Below, piece by piece: positions 11,349 to 25,222 of a stretch of DNA of 64,000 nucleotides. A program made the position numbers and the translations under genes. The stretch is from Lingula anatina (lineage: Eukaryota > Animalia > Brachiopoda). The notes beneath the pieces are model-generated. The model saw nothing but the letters and a program-made list of their open reading frames with translations, made no database searches and had not been told where the DNA came from. Every line of letters begins with the position of its first letter. Within the stretch, counting starts at the first letter, position 1. Location: the NCBI GenBank assembly GCA_051362555.1, contig CM120646.1, positions 7,936,001 to 8,000,000 of the forward strand, written 5' to 3'.

Positions 11349-14300
11349 GGTGGGCTTGAAATAGAAAATAAAAAATAAATATCATAAATATCAATAAAAG
11401 CATAAGATAAGAAAGCAATAAAATTTTGTAATTACAATCATGATAATATTTCAGCTTGATTGCTTAAATTCCAAGAACTGGTACTATATTTACTTACACA
11501 TTCCATTGAATCTTCAAAATTAAGAGAGAATTCTTAAGAGAGTAACTGTAAAAACTATAACCATCAACAGTGTGATATAACATAAACAACACTTACACAA
11601 CACTCTCAAGACTAATAATAACAAAAATTCACCAATTCTTGAGAAAATATGCAATCCTCCTCTGGCAGTTAACATATAACAAATATTAATTCAACAAAAG
11701 AGTTCAGTATCCTCAAATTGCCAATGACATCACATACTAAGTAAAACACTGCTGTCTAGTCTAGTTCTTATATATAGTGTTCACCTAGTGCTGGTTTATC
11801 CTTGTCTGAGATGTCCCAGCAGTGCACATCTAATATATGTGTGTTCTGATCTAGTGACACACAATTGTTGACACAATGACACTGATTTAATCAATGAAGT
11901 GACAGTCAGTGTCAAATGGCATGTCATCCAGAGAAATTGTGTTAATTACTTTGTTTACTTCCACAGTGACATGTAACATGCAGTGGCAGTTTGACAGGAA
12001 TCATGGCATTCAATTTTCAGAGTGGCTTTTTCATGATTTGTGTCCATTAATATTTGAAGTTGATTGTCATCATTACTCAGGTTATTGAGCTAGCTGTGAC
12101 TGTGATGAAAAATGCAGATAGAAACAAAGTACCTGAGTTACAGATTACACCAATCGATTTTTATGGAAGGTGTAGTATTATCAAATATACCAATTTATAC
12201 AAAATAAATAAATAAATAAGTAAATAAATAAATAAATAAGATTATAAATTATAATTATTATTATTATCTTATAATTATAATAAACTTACAAACATTGTCA
12301 AACAAGACTTTTGGATATAAGATTTTAGCTGATGACTAGGTCTAATGACTGATTCTTAAAAAAATTATGCTACCCAACTTCTCAGAGGACTTGAACACCC
12401 CACATTATTCAGTTCTACAATTACAACCTATCACCCATATGAGTCCTGAGCAAATCTCCCTGCCTGGGCTCCTTTAAATGAAAACTAAAGTGATAACAGG
12501 GCTAAAAAATGGAAAAGGCTATCTATACAGCTTGATATAAGGAGCCGTTATAAAAAATACAGATGAGAAACTAACAAAAAGTAGCAAATCTACTACAGTA
12601 CATTAGTTTCAGAAAGATGTATCCTGCTACATTTTGACTATTTACTAGTACTAGTAACCCATTTTTTTACTTCCTCCAAGAAGAATGGTTACAGTATTTT
12701 GCATTTACAATGTTTGAGTGGAAACAACCCAATGTGTGAGATACGGATTCACAGTTAAATTTCTTAAATTGTCCAAATGCCTCACTTTTTCCAATATTTC
12801 ACTTTTAAAAGATTTAATATTGTCATTAACTCACAATTACATACTGTCTGGCACAAAGCCAGCTATCTTTTCAAAACATTGGAATTAACCTCTTTAATTG
12901 TTACTATCAATTAATGGTTACTATTAAGATTTGTATGGGGGTGTAAATAAATTGTCATTCAAAATATTTGTAGTTATTAAAGCCAAAAATAGACATTTAT
13001 TTAAACAGTTTTGGATGGAATCTCCTGTTCTAAACACTACTTCACCTGTGTAATGTAAGACATTCCTTTACTGATAAATCTTTAAATGCCAATAGAACAC
13101 CTTGGCATTAAGATGGAAATGAACCTTGACTCCTTGAAATTAAAACATCTATATGCAATGCTAGTTCTAGTAAGAGCAAATATCAATCAAAAATCGGATA
13201 CTAGTAATAATATAACTTCCACTTATGATTCTATAGAGCCTACTAGTACTTAATTTTAATATCTCCAAAATGGGTTTAAACAAAGAACACATACTACTAG
13301 TACATACAAGTACCTAGCCCTAACTGAGTCATAATTATATTCTACACATCATATGGCTAAATATGGGTGGTTATAATTCACATAACTCATTTCCTTATTC
13401 CTACCTAATTAAAGGAAAATATGTAATGTGGCACATAATACTCACCTAAGTATAAAGCCAAAGGATAATGCTGTCCTGGAAAATCTGCTGCTCTAGTTCT
13501 AAATCTCAGACACTCAGTTAATCACAAAAGATACATGACATTGTTCAAGTACACTGAAAGTCGATGCTTCATCAATTGTGGATCCTATCCCTGTTGTTCA
13601 GTAAAACCTTCAAAGTCTCTGGTTTTTTTATAGTTTTGAGTAACTTGATCTACAACCTGGATATGAATCTATCACTGCCTGATAATAAATCCAATGCTTT
13701 CCTTGATGTCACAGCTCAAGTCAGATGACTTGATATGGCTTACTAGTACCTTATCCAAGTATTATCCTAGGTAACAAATCCAGTGTCTATAAGTTTTGCC
13801 TATTTCACATGAACTTCAGCTCCTGCTATTTTTGAGTGTACAGATCTCTCTGAAGGAGATGTCTACAAATGATAGCTCAGACCCAGGGCCACAGCTTTTA
13901 TGTACTAGCAAGCCCCCCTGGTGGCATTTAAGAGCAATCAAAAATGTTTGTCACCAGTGCCACAGTGACACTAACCTGTCTCCCCTGTATTAATTGGTCC
14001 TGGGTGACATTGTATAGAGTGGAACTCCACAGTGATATCAGATCTACAGATCTGGTTCTGCAGCCTGGCAGCTGAGCCAGTAACGATGGCAGCCAATAAT
14101 AAATCTGGGGCTTTAGCACAGGTATTGTTATGTGGGCACATTATTTAATGCCATAATGCATTCATGACACTTATCACCTGTCCAGGTGTTCTGTAACATG
14201 ACTAAATTACTTGGCCCCCCATGGGGATAACTAATACCTTGCCTGGGCAGCCTAATTAGATATCCAGGTAAATGTCCTGGTTAAGAGACCATTATGGCCC

Positions 14301-15166
14301 AGAAATGGGAATAAAGGAAAGCTATCTGGCTGAGTCACTCCTGACACTAAGTGACATGTGTCAATACAAAAGGTGTCACTAACAATGCCACAGACATGTC
14401 AGCTTTAAGACGAATCAGCAGTAAAGACAGTAAACACTTTTTTTCCTCCTTCTAGAATTACCATGCTACAATAAAAGGACTACAGTGATCTTGGGTTCTT
14501 GTACTTAAAAGAAATCATTTGTTGCCCATCTATTCCGACCCACAGTGCAATACTACTGGTAAGATAATCAATCCATGTACTTGTAACTCAAATAAACATG
14601 AATGTCTGCCATACAAACATGAGTCACAAATAATATTTTTTTATGGGAACAGTTATTTTCTGGTCTAACGATGGTAAAACTATGTATAATATGGGACCTT
14701 CTCATATATGACTGACAATGGCTGTCAAACAAAAAAAAAAGAACTAAATTATCCAAGTTAACACATTCAAATAAATAGTACACCACACGTCAAAAACATT
14801 GTTGAATAAATGACATCAGTCACAGACAATTTACTGGGTCAGTGCACAGATAAAAGGGAAAGGGAGGTGTTTTGGTTGACACTTGGGAGAGGAGTAAAGA
14901 AGAAATCTTAAAGTTTATGGTTTCAAAGGAATGATCTAACTTTTCATCAAAATACAGCCATTTCACAGCTGTCATCATCTGTATTGTATACAATCTGCTA
15001 CTGTGTACAATTGGTAATTAGTGTCCATACCATGTCTACACTGCCCAGCTTAATGCCTGGGTGCAGGTGTCTCTGGCAGGTATAGAAGTAAGGAACTGGT
15101 GGAGTTTTGCCATGTTGAGTATTCATATATACTGTAACTTTTTCTTCAGAGAACATCTTAACTCAA

Positions 15167-16346
15167 AGTTATTTTTGCTTTAATAAAACAGTACTTAGCA
15201 ATTTTAAAAAGAAAGAGGCTATAATAACACCTGAGGTTACAATTATACCTAACTGTAATAAAGCTGTCTTGTTAGGCACTGAAATATTGCAGTTGAAATA
15301 ATTCTGAGTTTTAATTAGCTGTTGTTTGATGAAACTTTCAATGATTATAACATTATCATCAATTATCATGACCCAAATCTCCCACCGCATTAAATGATTA
15401 CAAAATATCCCACATGTAACTCTACTCATTAATAAGAGTTGATTAAAATATGTGAAATGAGGGTTTTATAATGTGAACAACTAGTCAATGAATTAAGTGA
15501 AAATATCATGAACAAGAAACTGAATCTTTAACTGTTGGAATGATCCTTGTTCCTGTATCTACATACCTCCAAGACAAATTCGACACAGTACCAGTTTTTT
15601 TTTTAATATTTAATTTACCATTACTTTAATTTTTTTTTATTTTGCTGATAAATACCAGTAAAATTAGCTATATATTTTTCTTCCTTAATTCATCAATCTA
15701 ATTAGTTTTTAATTAGCATTCTGGTCATTCAGTTATGACTGTTCCATTTCTTTTTACATTTCCCTTGTTTGTACGTACCAGCTTATATATAATTTATATT
15801 TTTCTTTTATTTCTTTAAGGAGACTCAAGTATATATTGCTGGAAGCAATTTGCCTCCCTTTCCTTCTCTTGAATAAACTGATAAACTGCTAGTACAGACA
15901 TTCTTGTTAACTAAGTGAAATATTTTATGGCAAATGTTTTCTTCTCTTGTCTGAAATAAACTATCAACATAATTTTATATTTGTGCCAGAACTTCAGCTG
16001 CCAGTACAGAATGTAGGAAGGAAAAAAACATCTTTTTTCAGGATAAGACCCCCTACTAGTACTTTGAATGGCTGTCTTCAAACCTGTGAAGCATGATTAT
16101 TTGTGATAAGCTACCATTTTACAATAACAAACGTGTCACCATCATTAAGACAGTGCTCCAGTATAACAGGAGGGTGATTATATGACACATGGCCCAGGGT
16201 CTCACCTGGCAGTTATAATATGGTTAATGAGCACAATCAAGTCCAACATGGACCTTAGGGTGAACTTGGTACATACATTGTATCTCATTATAGTAAAATG
16301 CTAGTTACCACGTGTGTGTGTGTGTGTATGTGTGTGTGTGTGAGTA

Positions 16347-16407
<61 letters not shown>

Positions 16408-16509
16408 CGTGATAGCAGTTCTTTTTGCTCTAATAAAACAGTGCTTAGCAATTTTAAAAAGAAAGAGGCTATAATAACACCTGAGGTTACAATTATACCT
16501 AACTGTAAT
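15167..16509. repeat. Dispersed ~93-bp direct repeat (15167-15259 and 16417-16509)
   Basis: ttagcaattttaaaaagaaagaggctataataacacctgaggttacaattatacctaactgtaat is present at both sites; the second copy lies just after a (GT)n(GA)n microsatellite. Confidence 0.92.
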
Positions 16510-17089
16510 GAAGCAGATACCACCTATCCAACAATTTATACATTATTTTATCAGAAATGGCTTCTTGACATCAAATTGTGGGATTTGACTCTCCAACAAA
16601 TGGTACTAATGTTTATGCTCTAAGAATTGCGAAGGAATCACCTTTAAGAAGCTATGTAGTTGGGTAATTTTTGACTTGTAAATACTACTAGTAATAGTAA
16701 TTTGTAGTACTGTAAATTTTACAATGGGTTCCTGTTCCCCTGTAGAACTCACAATGATCACCAAGTGTTTTGATCATACAGATATAAAGATTTCAACCTA
16801 CCTATATATATTTATTCATTACTTAAATCATCCCTCAAGCGCTGATGTCTGAGAGATCAGCAAGTTCTCACAAAGACCTAGCTGCTCTTCCGTAAATAAC
16901 AGCATGCGTACAATAAGATAAACCACAGGTGTAAAGTTGATCAAAGAAAATCTAAAACTTAATACTGAAGTCAAATATTGAATTCACATGTAATATAAAT
17001 AAGTATAATCTTCTAATATCTTCTTTGATTAATAATAAAGAATCATTTAATTTGGAAATGTCATAAATGGCTCATCTATGTCAAAAAGT

Positions 17090-17470
17090 TACTTTTGGCG
17101 TAACACGCGCGTAAGAGCCTATCTCCAATGCAGCAATGTGGTGCGCTCACGTTGTAAGGTGAGTTCAGTTCATATACAACTTTTTACTCGATTAACTAAT
17201 TTGTTCGTCGGAATTTCTCACGAAATACATAAGATACTACATTTAGTAACTTCTGATAGAATGACACTAAAATTTGTGAAGGAAAAAGGAACGAAATCGG
17301 CTGAGGAAATGAGGTTCTCTTACTGTCTTTGTCTGTGAGTCTATGACGTTGCTAATGCTGTCTCATTAGCATATAAACATTAACAATGGTTCTTAGTGGG
17401 GCTTCTTTGTGTGCCGTGCGGGTCGAAAGCACGAGACTTCTTTGTCATGCGGGTACACTCTTAACGTTCT
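17090..17470. promoter_or_regulatory. CpG-rich island, probable bidirectional promoter and first non-coding exons of the two divergent zinc-finger genes
   Basis: Local CpG cluster in an otherwise CpG-depleted 10-kb interval. Plus-strand donor AAG|gtgagt at 17159; minus-strand donor ACA|gtaaga at 17323. Confidence 0.6.
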
Positions 17471-18671
17471 CATCTTTACAATAAGACATAGATTTGCTTT
17501 TTAGATAAGATAATTGTTAGGAAAATTTAACCAACACTAAATATAGAAGTATTTTTTAAAGACGAAAAAAAAAAATGTTTTTTAGCACTTCATCCGGTAT
17601 TAATGATGACTCAGAAAGCATCAACTTCTTATATGCAAGAAAGCCCTTTATCTCTTCATTCCCTGCTTGGATCTTTAGGAATTTCACATGGGATTGAGTG
17701 TTAGATTAGTCTGGTTTGGCAGATGCTGTTCTTTGATTGGTCAGTTGGGTGATGTTGTTATTGTAAATAGCAGCATTGACCTTGTTGTGTTAGCAAGTGC
17801 TGTAAAGGTCATCACCTGCGTGCATGTGATCAGAACATGCTCGAGCTGCAATAACAGTATTTTATTAGTCAAGTGGTGGCTTGGATTTAAAAGACGCCAC
17901 TGAATAAACTCACCCTGTGATGATATTGTTACTGTTTATGAATTGATTAACTGAGTGCACATGCCCTGAAGTATGCTATCCATGTTCTTATTCATCTCTG
18001 TGTTGTAGAGGCCAGAACATGGATATGCTTGTTCATTCACCAAAGGAGTAGTAGAGATAAAAGAAGAAGGCTGAAAAAACTTGGTGATAAACAGAGTTTG
18101 CAGTGACATTGTTACTGTTTGCATTAATTAAGTAAATGCACTGGGCACACTTTCTGCTGGTATGTTCACTGCATTAGTTATTATAATCCAAATGGCATTA
18201 ATTTGAGCCATGTAGTTCTTACACACATTGTTGTAAAGTTATGCTGAATGAGCACAGTTACAGTTGCAAGATGTACAGTACTTGATATTGTCTTCTAAGT
18301 TCTACTGTACATAATAGTTTGTCAATTAATGTGGCTGTTCTTTAAGTTCCCTATATACAGTGTCATATATTTTCCCATTCAGGCATCTTTTTCTGTTCGT
18401 AAAACTTATATGTCTTTTCATAGTTTACAGAAAACAGAACAATGAGCTGAATGATAATTTTTTATTGAACTGAAAGTCTTAAAATTGATGATGAATGCTT
18501 GGGGTTGCTGGAGGTGCTGCATGAAAATACCCATAAATCCCAGCCAGTGCCTGGCGTTGGCCATATTGACTCAAGTCTTTGTTTGAGAACAGCTACTTGA
18601 AAGTGTACTAGTACTGTACTGTAGTAACCCTAATGTATTTTAATCAAAACAAAGGAACCTCAATTTGTCGT

Positions 18672-19143
18672 TTTCCAGCCAAGTTAGGACAGCTTAACTT
18701 ACAGCCGTTTTTTTCTAATCAAGCTTGAGCCATGTTTCTTGTTGACTTGAAGCAGCTTTACTTAGTATAAGATTGTGTTTCCAGTTAAGTTATGACAGCT
18801 TTACTTAGTATAGTGCCATGTTTCCAGTTAGGTTGGGACAGCCTTACTTAGTATCAGATGGTTTCCAGTAAAGTTGTGGCAGCTTTATTCAGTATAATGT
18901 CTCAGTTAAGTTGTGACAATTTTACTTAGTATAATAAAAAGTTTTGACTAAATATTGGACAATTTAACTTTGTTAAAGGTTGTGTTTCAAGAAGAGATAG
19001 GATAGCTTTTCTTTACATATGTCATTTACAGTTATGTTGGTACAGTTTAACTTAGTGCACAGTTGTGTTTCCAGTTAAGCTGGGACAATTTTTACTAAGT
19101 ATAAGTTCTGTTTCCAGTAAAGTTGGGACAGTCTTACTTAGTT
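18672..19143. repeat. Degenerate minisatellite, ~40-bp unit, roughly 11-12 copies
   Basis: Recurring tttccagttaagttgggacagctttacttagtata-like unit. Confidence 0.85.
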
Positions 19144-21676
19144 AAGATCAAATTTGCAATTGCAGTACATATTATATCTTGACAGACTGATTACAATGTC
19201 AAGTAACAGGAAGCCAGATGAATGACATTTGACAAAGATTTATATATATCACCTTAGAAGTTTAAGTATACAGATGGGTGGGCCTTAGTATAAACAAGAG
19301 CAGGGGTTGGTCTATTTGACATTTCTTGTGGTTAATAATATGTATTTGGCAACCATCTATAATACCCCATTCACACTGCCATCTGAATAATCCGGATTTT
19401 TCAAATTTCAGTTCTCTGAAAAAAATTTGATTCTCTGGCTTGTTCACATATGCGAAGCGAAACCAAATCCGTCATAGAAAAGTTCCAGGTTTAACTTTCT
19501 ATTTTGAACACTCGTGTATGTCCACACAGGAAAACTCAAAATACTAAATAAAAATATGGTGCCATTTATGTCTCAAATCGTAGAAATTATTATGATTCCA
19601 AAGGAATCATATTGGAAGCAATTTCATAGTGTATGGATTTTTAGCACATAATATATTATATAAAAGCCTTGGAGATGTATGCATTCTTATAAAGAAACTA
19701 TTTTAGCAGGTTGACATTAATTTATTACAAATGAAAAATGACAGTGTTATTTAATGTGCCATAAAAAAGTCATTTTCTGCTTTAACAAAGTCACGACTAA
19801 GACCCTTATATATAGTGAATAAAGTTATAAAAATGGAAAATACCACATACTTATAGGATGTCATTATGAATTTATTTACTTCCTTTTACAGAGAAGTTTG
19901 CAAGGATAAAATGGAGTGAGAGTGTGAAAAAATGAAATTGAAACTTGTAAAATATCATTGACTTTTTTCTTCCTGCACCCATTTTAAGAAGTCATATATA
20001 TATATACATTGGCCTACCACTGATTTTACATGTTTGTTCAGAAGAGTTTATCCAGTATTCTACAGTGTGTGTTGGTTATGAGGGGAGTGGTCATGTGGTT
20101 AACACTAATGGTGGTGCACCTAATGGTGGCCATTCAATCAGTGCATTAGGCAGATATTAATTATCCTAAAATGGCACATTCCTTGGAGCTAGATATTGAG
20201 TGTGAAGAAGAAGTGGTGTGTTACAGTATAGTAATATCACATAACCAGTTGCAAAGTACATTTTTTTAATATAATGATATTAATGAGGTGTGTTTTTCTG
20301 CTGCTATAGGCTTTTGCATGAGCATTAATTTTTCAAATGGAATTTGCCATCATTGTAAATACCACCTCCCCTTCAAATATTTCATGTCAGTCTGTGAGAC
20401 AGTGGTATCAAATTTGTTTACAATAATGAGGAACAAAGGCTTTATGCTCTTTATAGCCAAATGTGACACAGCACAGCACATAATGAAATAAACATGAGAA
20501 AAGACTCAGTGCAGATGTCTTTTTCTTCATGTAAATAAGCCTCTGATCTTAAAAACAGTTTTTAGCATACTAGTAATGGGAAATCTTGTTTACTTCTAGA
20601 TTTACGTCTTGGTTTGTTTCCTTTTCTTTTCCCTCTGTAAGTCTAGATTTTATTAAATTTATTATAGTTTGTCATTTACTTTTTTCATAGTTAGCACCTT
20701 TGACTAATGTTTTAATGACTAAAAAATGTGCCAATCAACTGCGTATTTTAAAAAGATAGACTGTTTCTTAAGGACTTTTTTCAAAACTTTGTAGTTAAGA
20801 TAATCCTCTGTTTGTTTTTCTGACACAGGTGAATATGTAAACACATCAGTTTAGAGTGGAGTGGATCAGTATGGAAGCCAGACACTGGGTTATGTGGACA
20901 CAGTAGATAAGCCCCATCTGTCTCAGCCATGTGTTTTTTGTTGATTTTAGAATTTGGATTCACCAACACCTGAATTTTATTAGGTTTTAAAATATTTGGA
21001 TTAAGTATGGTCTCAACCTCATCTCTTGAGAAGTACTAGTAATCTTGTAGCAAGTTTTTTTTTTAGATTAGGTTGTACATGTAGTCTGAAATACACCTGT
21101 CTTATATACATTTTTTTTATTCTGAATAGTAATGAACTGCCACAACATTATTGGTTAATTTAATTGTTTAGTTCCTTACCAGCTGATAAGTTAATTGTAA
21201 CCAGTATCAGGTGAAAGTTTTACATTGTTAACATGAGCCAAGAATGTACCATTCTGAAGGTGTTTTTGCTCACTCTATGTGTGATACCTGTGGTATGGCT
21301 CTGCATGTAAAACTGATGATGTCTTTTTCAATTACTAAGCATTGTGGATTTTCACCTAATCATTAGTAGAAAAATGAATCATCCAAACGTCATTTTTATG
21401 TTCTTTATTGAGTATTTTTTTATCTAGCTTTAATACGCCTTTTGGCTTAAAGACAGTCCATTGGAAAGGTCATGTTATTCCTTACTCAGCAACTCGAGTA
21501 CAAGCAGTTTAATTTACTTTTAAGCCATGCAGCTTTTTTTTTTTTATCATTATGGTAAAGTAATACAAATTGATACTTGATGAATGATATAAAAACATAG
21601 TTGTAAAATTCACTTTTGTAAAAAATTTTCTTTCTTTTATCTTACAGATCTCAAATGTAAACACTTACAAAGGACC

Positions 21677-23239
21677 ATGTCATTTCGGTCCATGCTAGTT
21701 TCCCAGCCTCCTGTATCAGAAGAGTTTGGACATCCAAAGAGCCCAGTGTATGTCTGCAGGGATTGCGACTTCTCAGCAGCTAACCCGTCTGACGTGCTGA
21801 GTCACATATCAGGAGTCCAAGCACACCAGGCTAACTCTTCCAATGACTGCATTTATTTTGGCCATGGCATAGCAATAAATAAGGAATGCCCAGTTAAAAG
21901 TGAATCTCCAGTCACTGAAGAGCCTGATTACGAATGTAGCAATGCCACCAATGAACTGAAAGAAGCTGAAGGTGCTGTCACCAGTGTGTCATGTCAAGTA
22001 ACAGCCGTGTCATGTCAGACAGACTTGTCACTTGGCCTGGCTGATTTCAGCTTCCTGACAGAGGCAGAGTCTTCTATGGTGCTTGCTCAGTTACAGTGCT
22101 TACAAACCTCCTGGAAGTCCTTACAGAGCACATGGGTGAAACACATGGGCATGGTGAACACAAACAACCAGGAAGAGAAAAATAACAGCAATATGTCCCC
22201 CAGCTCAGGTTCAGAAGATCAGCCAGAATTTAGGTCAAGGTCAGAAGGTCACAGTGATGCCAATGTCAAGGTTAAAGTAGAAGATGGAGAAAAAAGAGGG
22301 GTGCTGGACAATATAATCATGCAGAAATTATCCAGGGGGACTGACAGCAGCAGTGACTCCCCTGCGTCCCCTGCGTTGAGTGACCAGCCCAAGAGTTCCA
22401 GGAGTCGTAAAGGAATTCCTTGTAAGATCCGTAGAGTTGCAGAAGATGAAGATGTAGAGCAAGGTGGAGGTGAAGCTAGAGAGATGGAGGAAGTGCCATC
22501 TGGACATGAGGGTGCTGGCGAAGGTGAAGATGGTGAGAAATCTCAGACTTGTATCACAGTGCACTACAGTGATACAGTTCATATCATTGGAGACAGCTTT
22601 GATTAAATTGTGCCTTGAATAAAATTGAATATGAGGTGCTTAGATTTTAGCATGATACTTTAAATTTAGAAACAGTGCTGTAGTGTGTAAAATATTTCTT
22701 ATTTAATGGAAAAGTTTTAAAGAAAAATATTGTATTAGTAGCATGTTGATGTTTGTAGATATATCAATGATTTTGTAGTTTAACAAATAATTTATTTGAA
22801 TAAATTTGTTGTTTTCCAGATGTCACACAGTCACACCATGGTGCCAATAGCAAGACTGATACTGCCATTGATAATGAAGAAAACAAAACTGAAGTGGTAG
22901 GAATAAAAATTTGTTTATCCTAGAAAAACAGTCAGTCTAAGAAAGGAGAATAACATTAAGTCTTTTGCAAGTGAAATTTTGCAATCAATTTATTTTTTGT
23001 TTGTGATACCCATGATGGTCAGGTGTTAAAAATTATGACATAATTATAATTACAATAAGCTTCTTATGATAAGTTCTGCAGGTGGTACCTAGTGTTTATG
23101 TTCACAAGAACACACACTGGATTTTCTCTGGAGTTAAATTGTCAATGATTATTTTTCAGCCTAACACACAAGATCCTTCCAAGTCTAATTACTTTGCTGC
23201 AGCGGCCATGCCACAGTTTCCAGGGCTTCCAGCTCAGGG
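21677..23239 (+). CDS. Common 5' coding exons of the plus-strand zinc-finger gene (one N-terminal C2H2-like finger, SCQT motifs, acidic/disordered linker)
   Basis: Acceptor cttacag at 21647, ATG 21677. Exon A to 22532 (G|gtgaga, phase 1); exon B 22820-22896 (phase 1 to 0); exon C 23160-23239 (PNTQDPSKSNYFAAAAMPQFPGLPAQ, ends GG|gtaggt, phase 2). CRDC..HISGVQAH finger-like motif. Confidence 0.82.
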
Positions 23240-25222
23240 GTAGGTGTACAGGTCCTACTTGTAGAGGCATTAAATGTACCTCAGACCTTTGTATAGTAAA
23301 AATAATTTAACAAGCCATTTCAGTAGTTTCATCTTCATCACCAAGGTATATCATATTCCAAACCAGTGACAAAGAATTAAAACTTAAGCTGAATGTCTAA
23401 TTTTTCTGTCACAAGTGGTAATCATCAGTCTTTTTCCCTTAAATGAATAGGAATAAGACTAGGAACTTACAACTCGAAACTGGTTTATGGGCCATAATTC
23501 TGTGAATGGTATTGGATATGCTGTATATATATTGTTGATAAGGGGAAAATGTATTTCTGCTATATAAAAGTCTAATACCTAGTGTTTACCTATAATGTAC
23601 AGGGTTCCTGACATTTAATTTACCCGTGAAGTTTTTCTACATCGTCCTGTTGTCAGTCACCAACTCTTGCTATTTGTGCATGCTCTATCAGTATGTGCTT
23701 GTTATCAATATAGCCAGTGTGTTTTCCAGGGTTGAAATCTGAAATTTTAAGAATGTAAATAATCAGGTTTTGAAATGACTTGTAATTAGAGGTTAGATGT
23801 CTTCGGTTTTGTGGGTCACCCATGTCTAATTTGCAAGTGATGTCATACAAAATTTAATATATATTATTGCTTTCATCATTTTTGTCACAATGCTACATTT
23901 GTGTCATTCCCAGTCACTCCAAACTGTCACATCTCTTTAAAATGCCTTATTAACTGTGACACTTGCTTGTCATCACTGTCACAGGGGCTGTAACATGCAT
24001 GTGTTACAGTACGTGTCCTCGTATGACATTGATGTCACACATGTCACGATAGCTGTCCCGCTTTTGTGTCATTTCTGTGGCATGTGAACACTAAAATTTC
24101 CTTCTGGTGTGTTTTTAGTGAAGATAAGTTGTTTCATCCTAGTATGACCAATCCCAGCAGGACTTCAGAATATGCTCAGATCACTACAGGACACTAAAAG
24201 CAAAGAAATAACTTTGTATATAAAGACTGAGGTTTAGATTTAGTCTATGCCAAACACTTCTGGTCCTTCAAACTACCTGGGAATTTTTTTTTTCTTATTA
24301 AAGAAATATACTTTACGTCTAAAAATTAGTCTGAAATTAATGACAAAATTTCAGACTGCTTAGTCCCAAGATAAAAATGTAATAGTCTGTGGATGAGAGA
24401 GGGATTACATGTTCTTTTTCTGGGTCATACTAAGTAAGGTCAAGCTATATCTTCATGGGGAACACACCTTTAAAAATATGTACATCTACAGAAAAAAATA
24501 GCTTCTGTGTTGGTGTTACTGATTTTATGCTTAACTGTGGAAACATACTTAATATACTCCAGTCAGACATGTTGCTGTGCCTCTCTCACAAGTAATTATT
24601 TTGGCCTTAGTTGTATGATAGTGTGAGAACAAAATTGTTGTGTAAATATGTACAAAATGCTGTATGATATATCATCACTGGTACATAAATAGATATTTGT
24701 ATCAATCACAAATCTACAGAGTAAAACTGCCATTTGTTTTTATGGAAAAACTGTAACATGACATGGAAAATTAATAGGTGGATGGAGTTGCATGTAGTGT
24801 AAGACCTTGTGTGCATATTTGGTGGAAGTTGATATATGATTATAGTTTTATATTTTTCCTTGATTGTTGACAAAAATTAAATTTTGAGATCTGCAAAAGA
24901 AAACTGGTCAGAATAAGGACCATGAAGAAAATACAATATTTTTAACGATGATTAAGAAAACTTTGTTTCATTAATTTACCAATGCAGATTTTTTTCATTT
25001 ATATTTGAAAGTTGCACTTCACTAGTATTTAATGTTTTTTTTTCTGTATTGGTTTGTGTATGTTATTTTTGAAATGCAAAAAGAAAAAATTAACACCAAC
25101 TATTAGCAAAATATTCAAAACCATGTGATAAAGTTGTGAGCATTGTAGAACTGAGCATTTTCCCCACCAAATTGCCACATGAATCAGGTCTTAAAGCAAC
25201 TCTCTTCTCCTCTTAATTATAG

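Noticed and set aside
12120-20830. Isolated splice-like sites (minus-strand donors ~13445, ~16205; plus-strand micro-exon ~19891-19914)
   Set aside because: They may be UTR exons but cannot be supported without transcripts.
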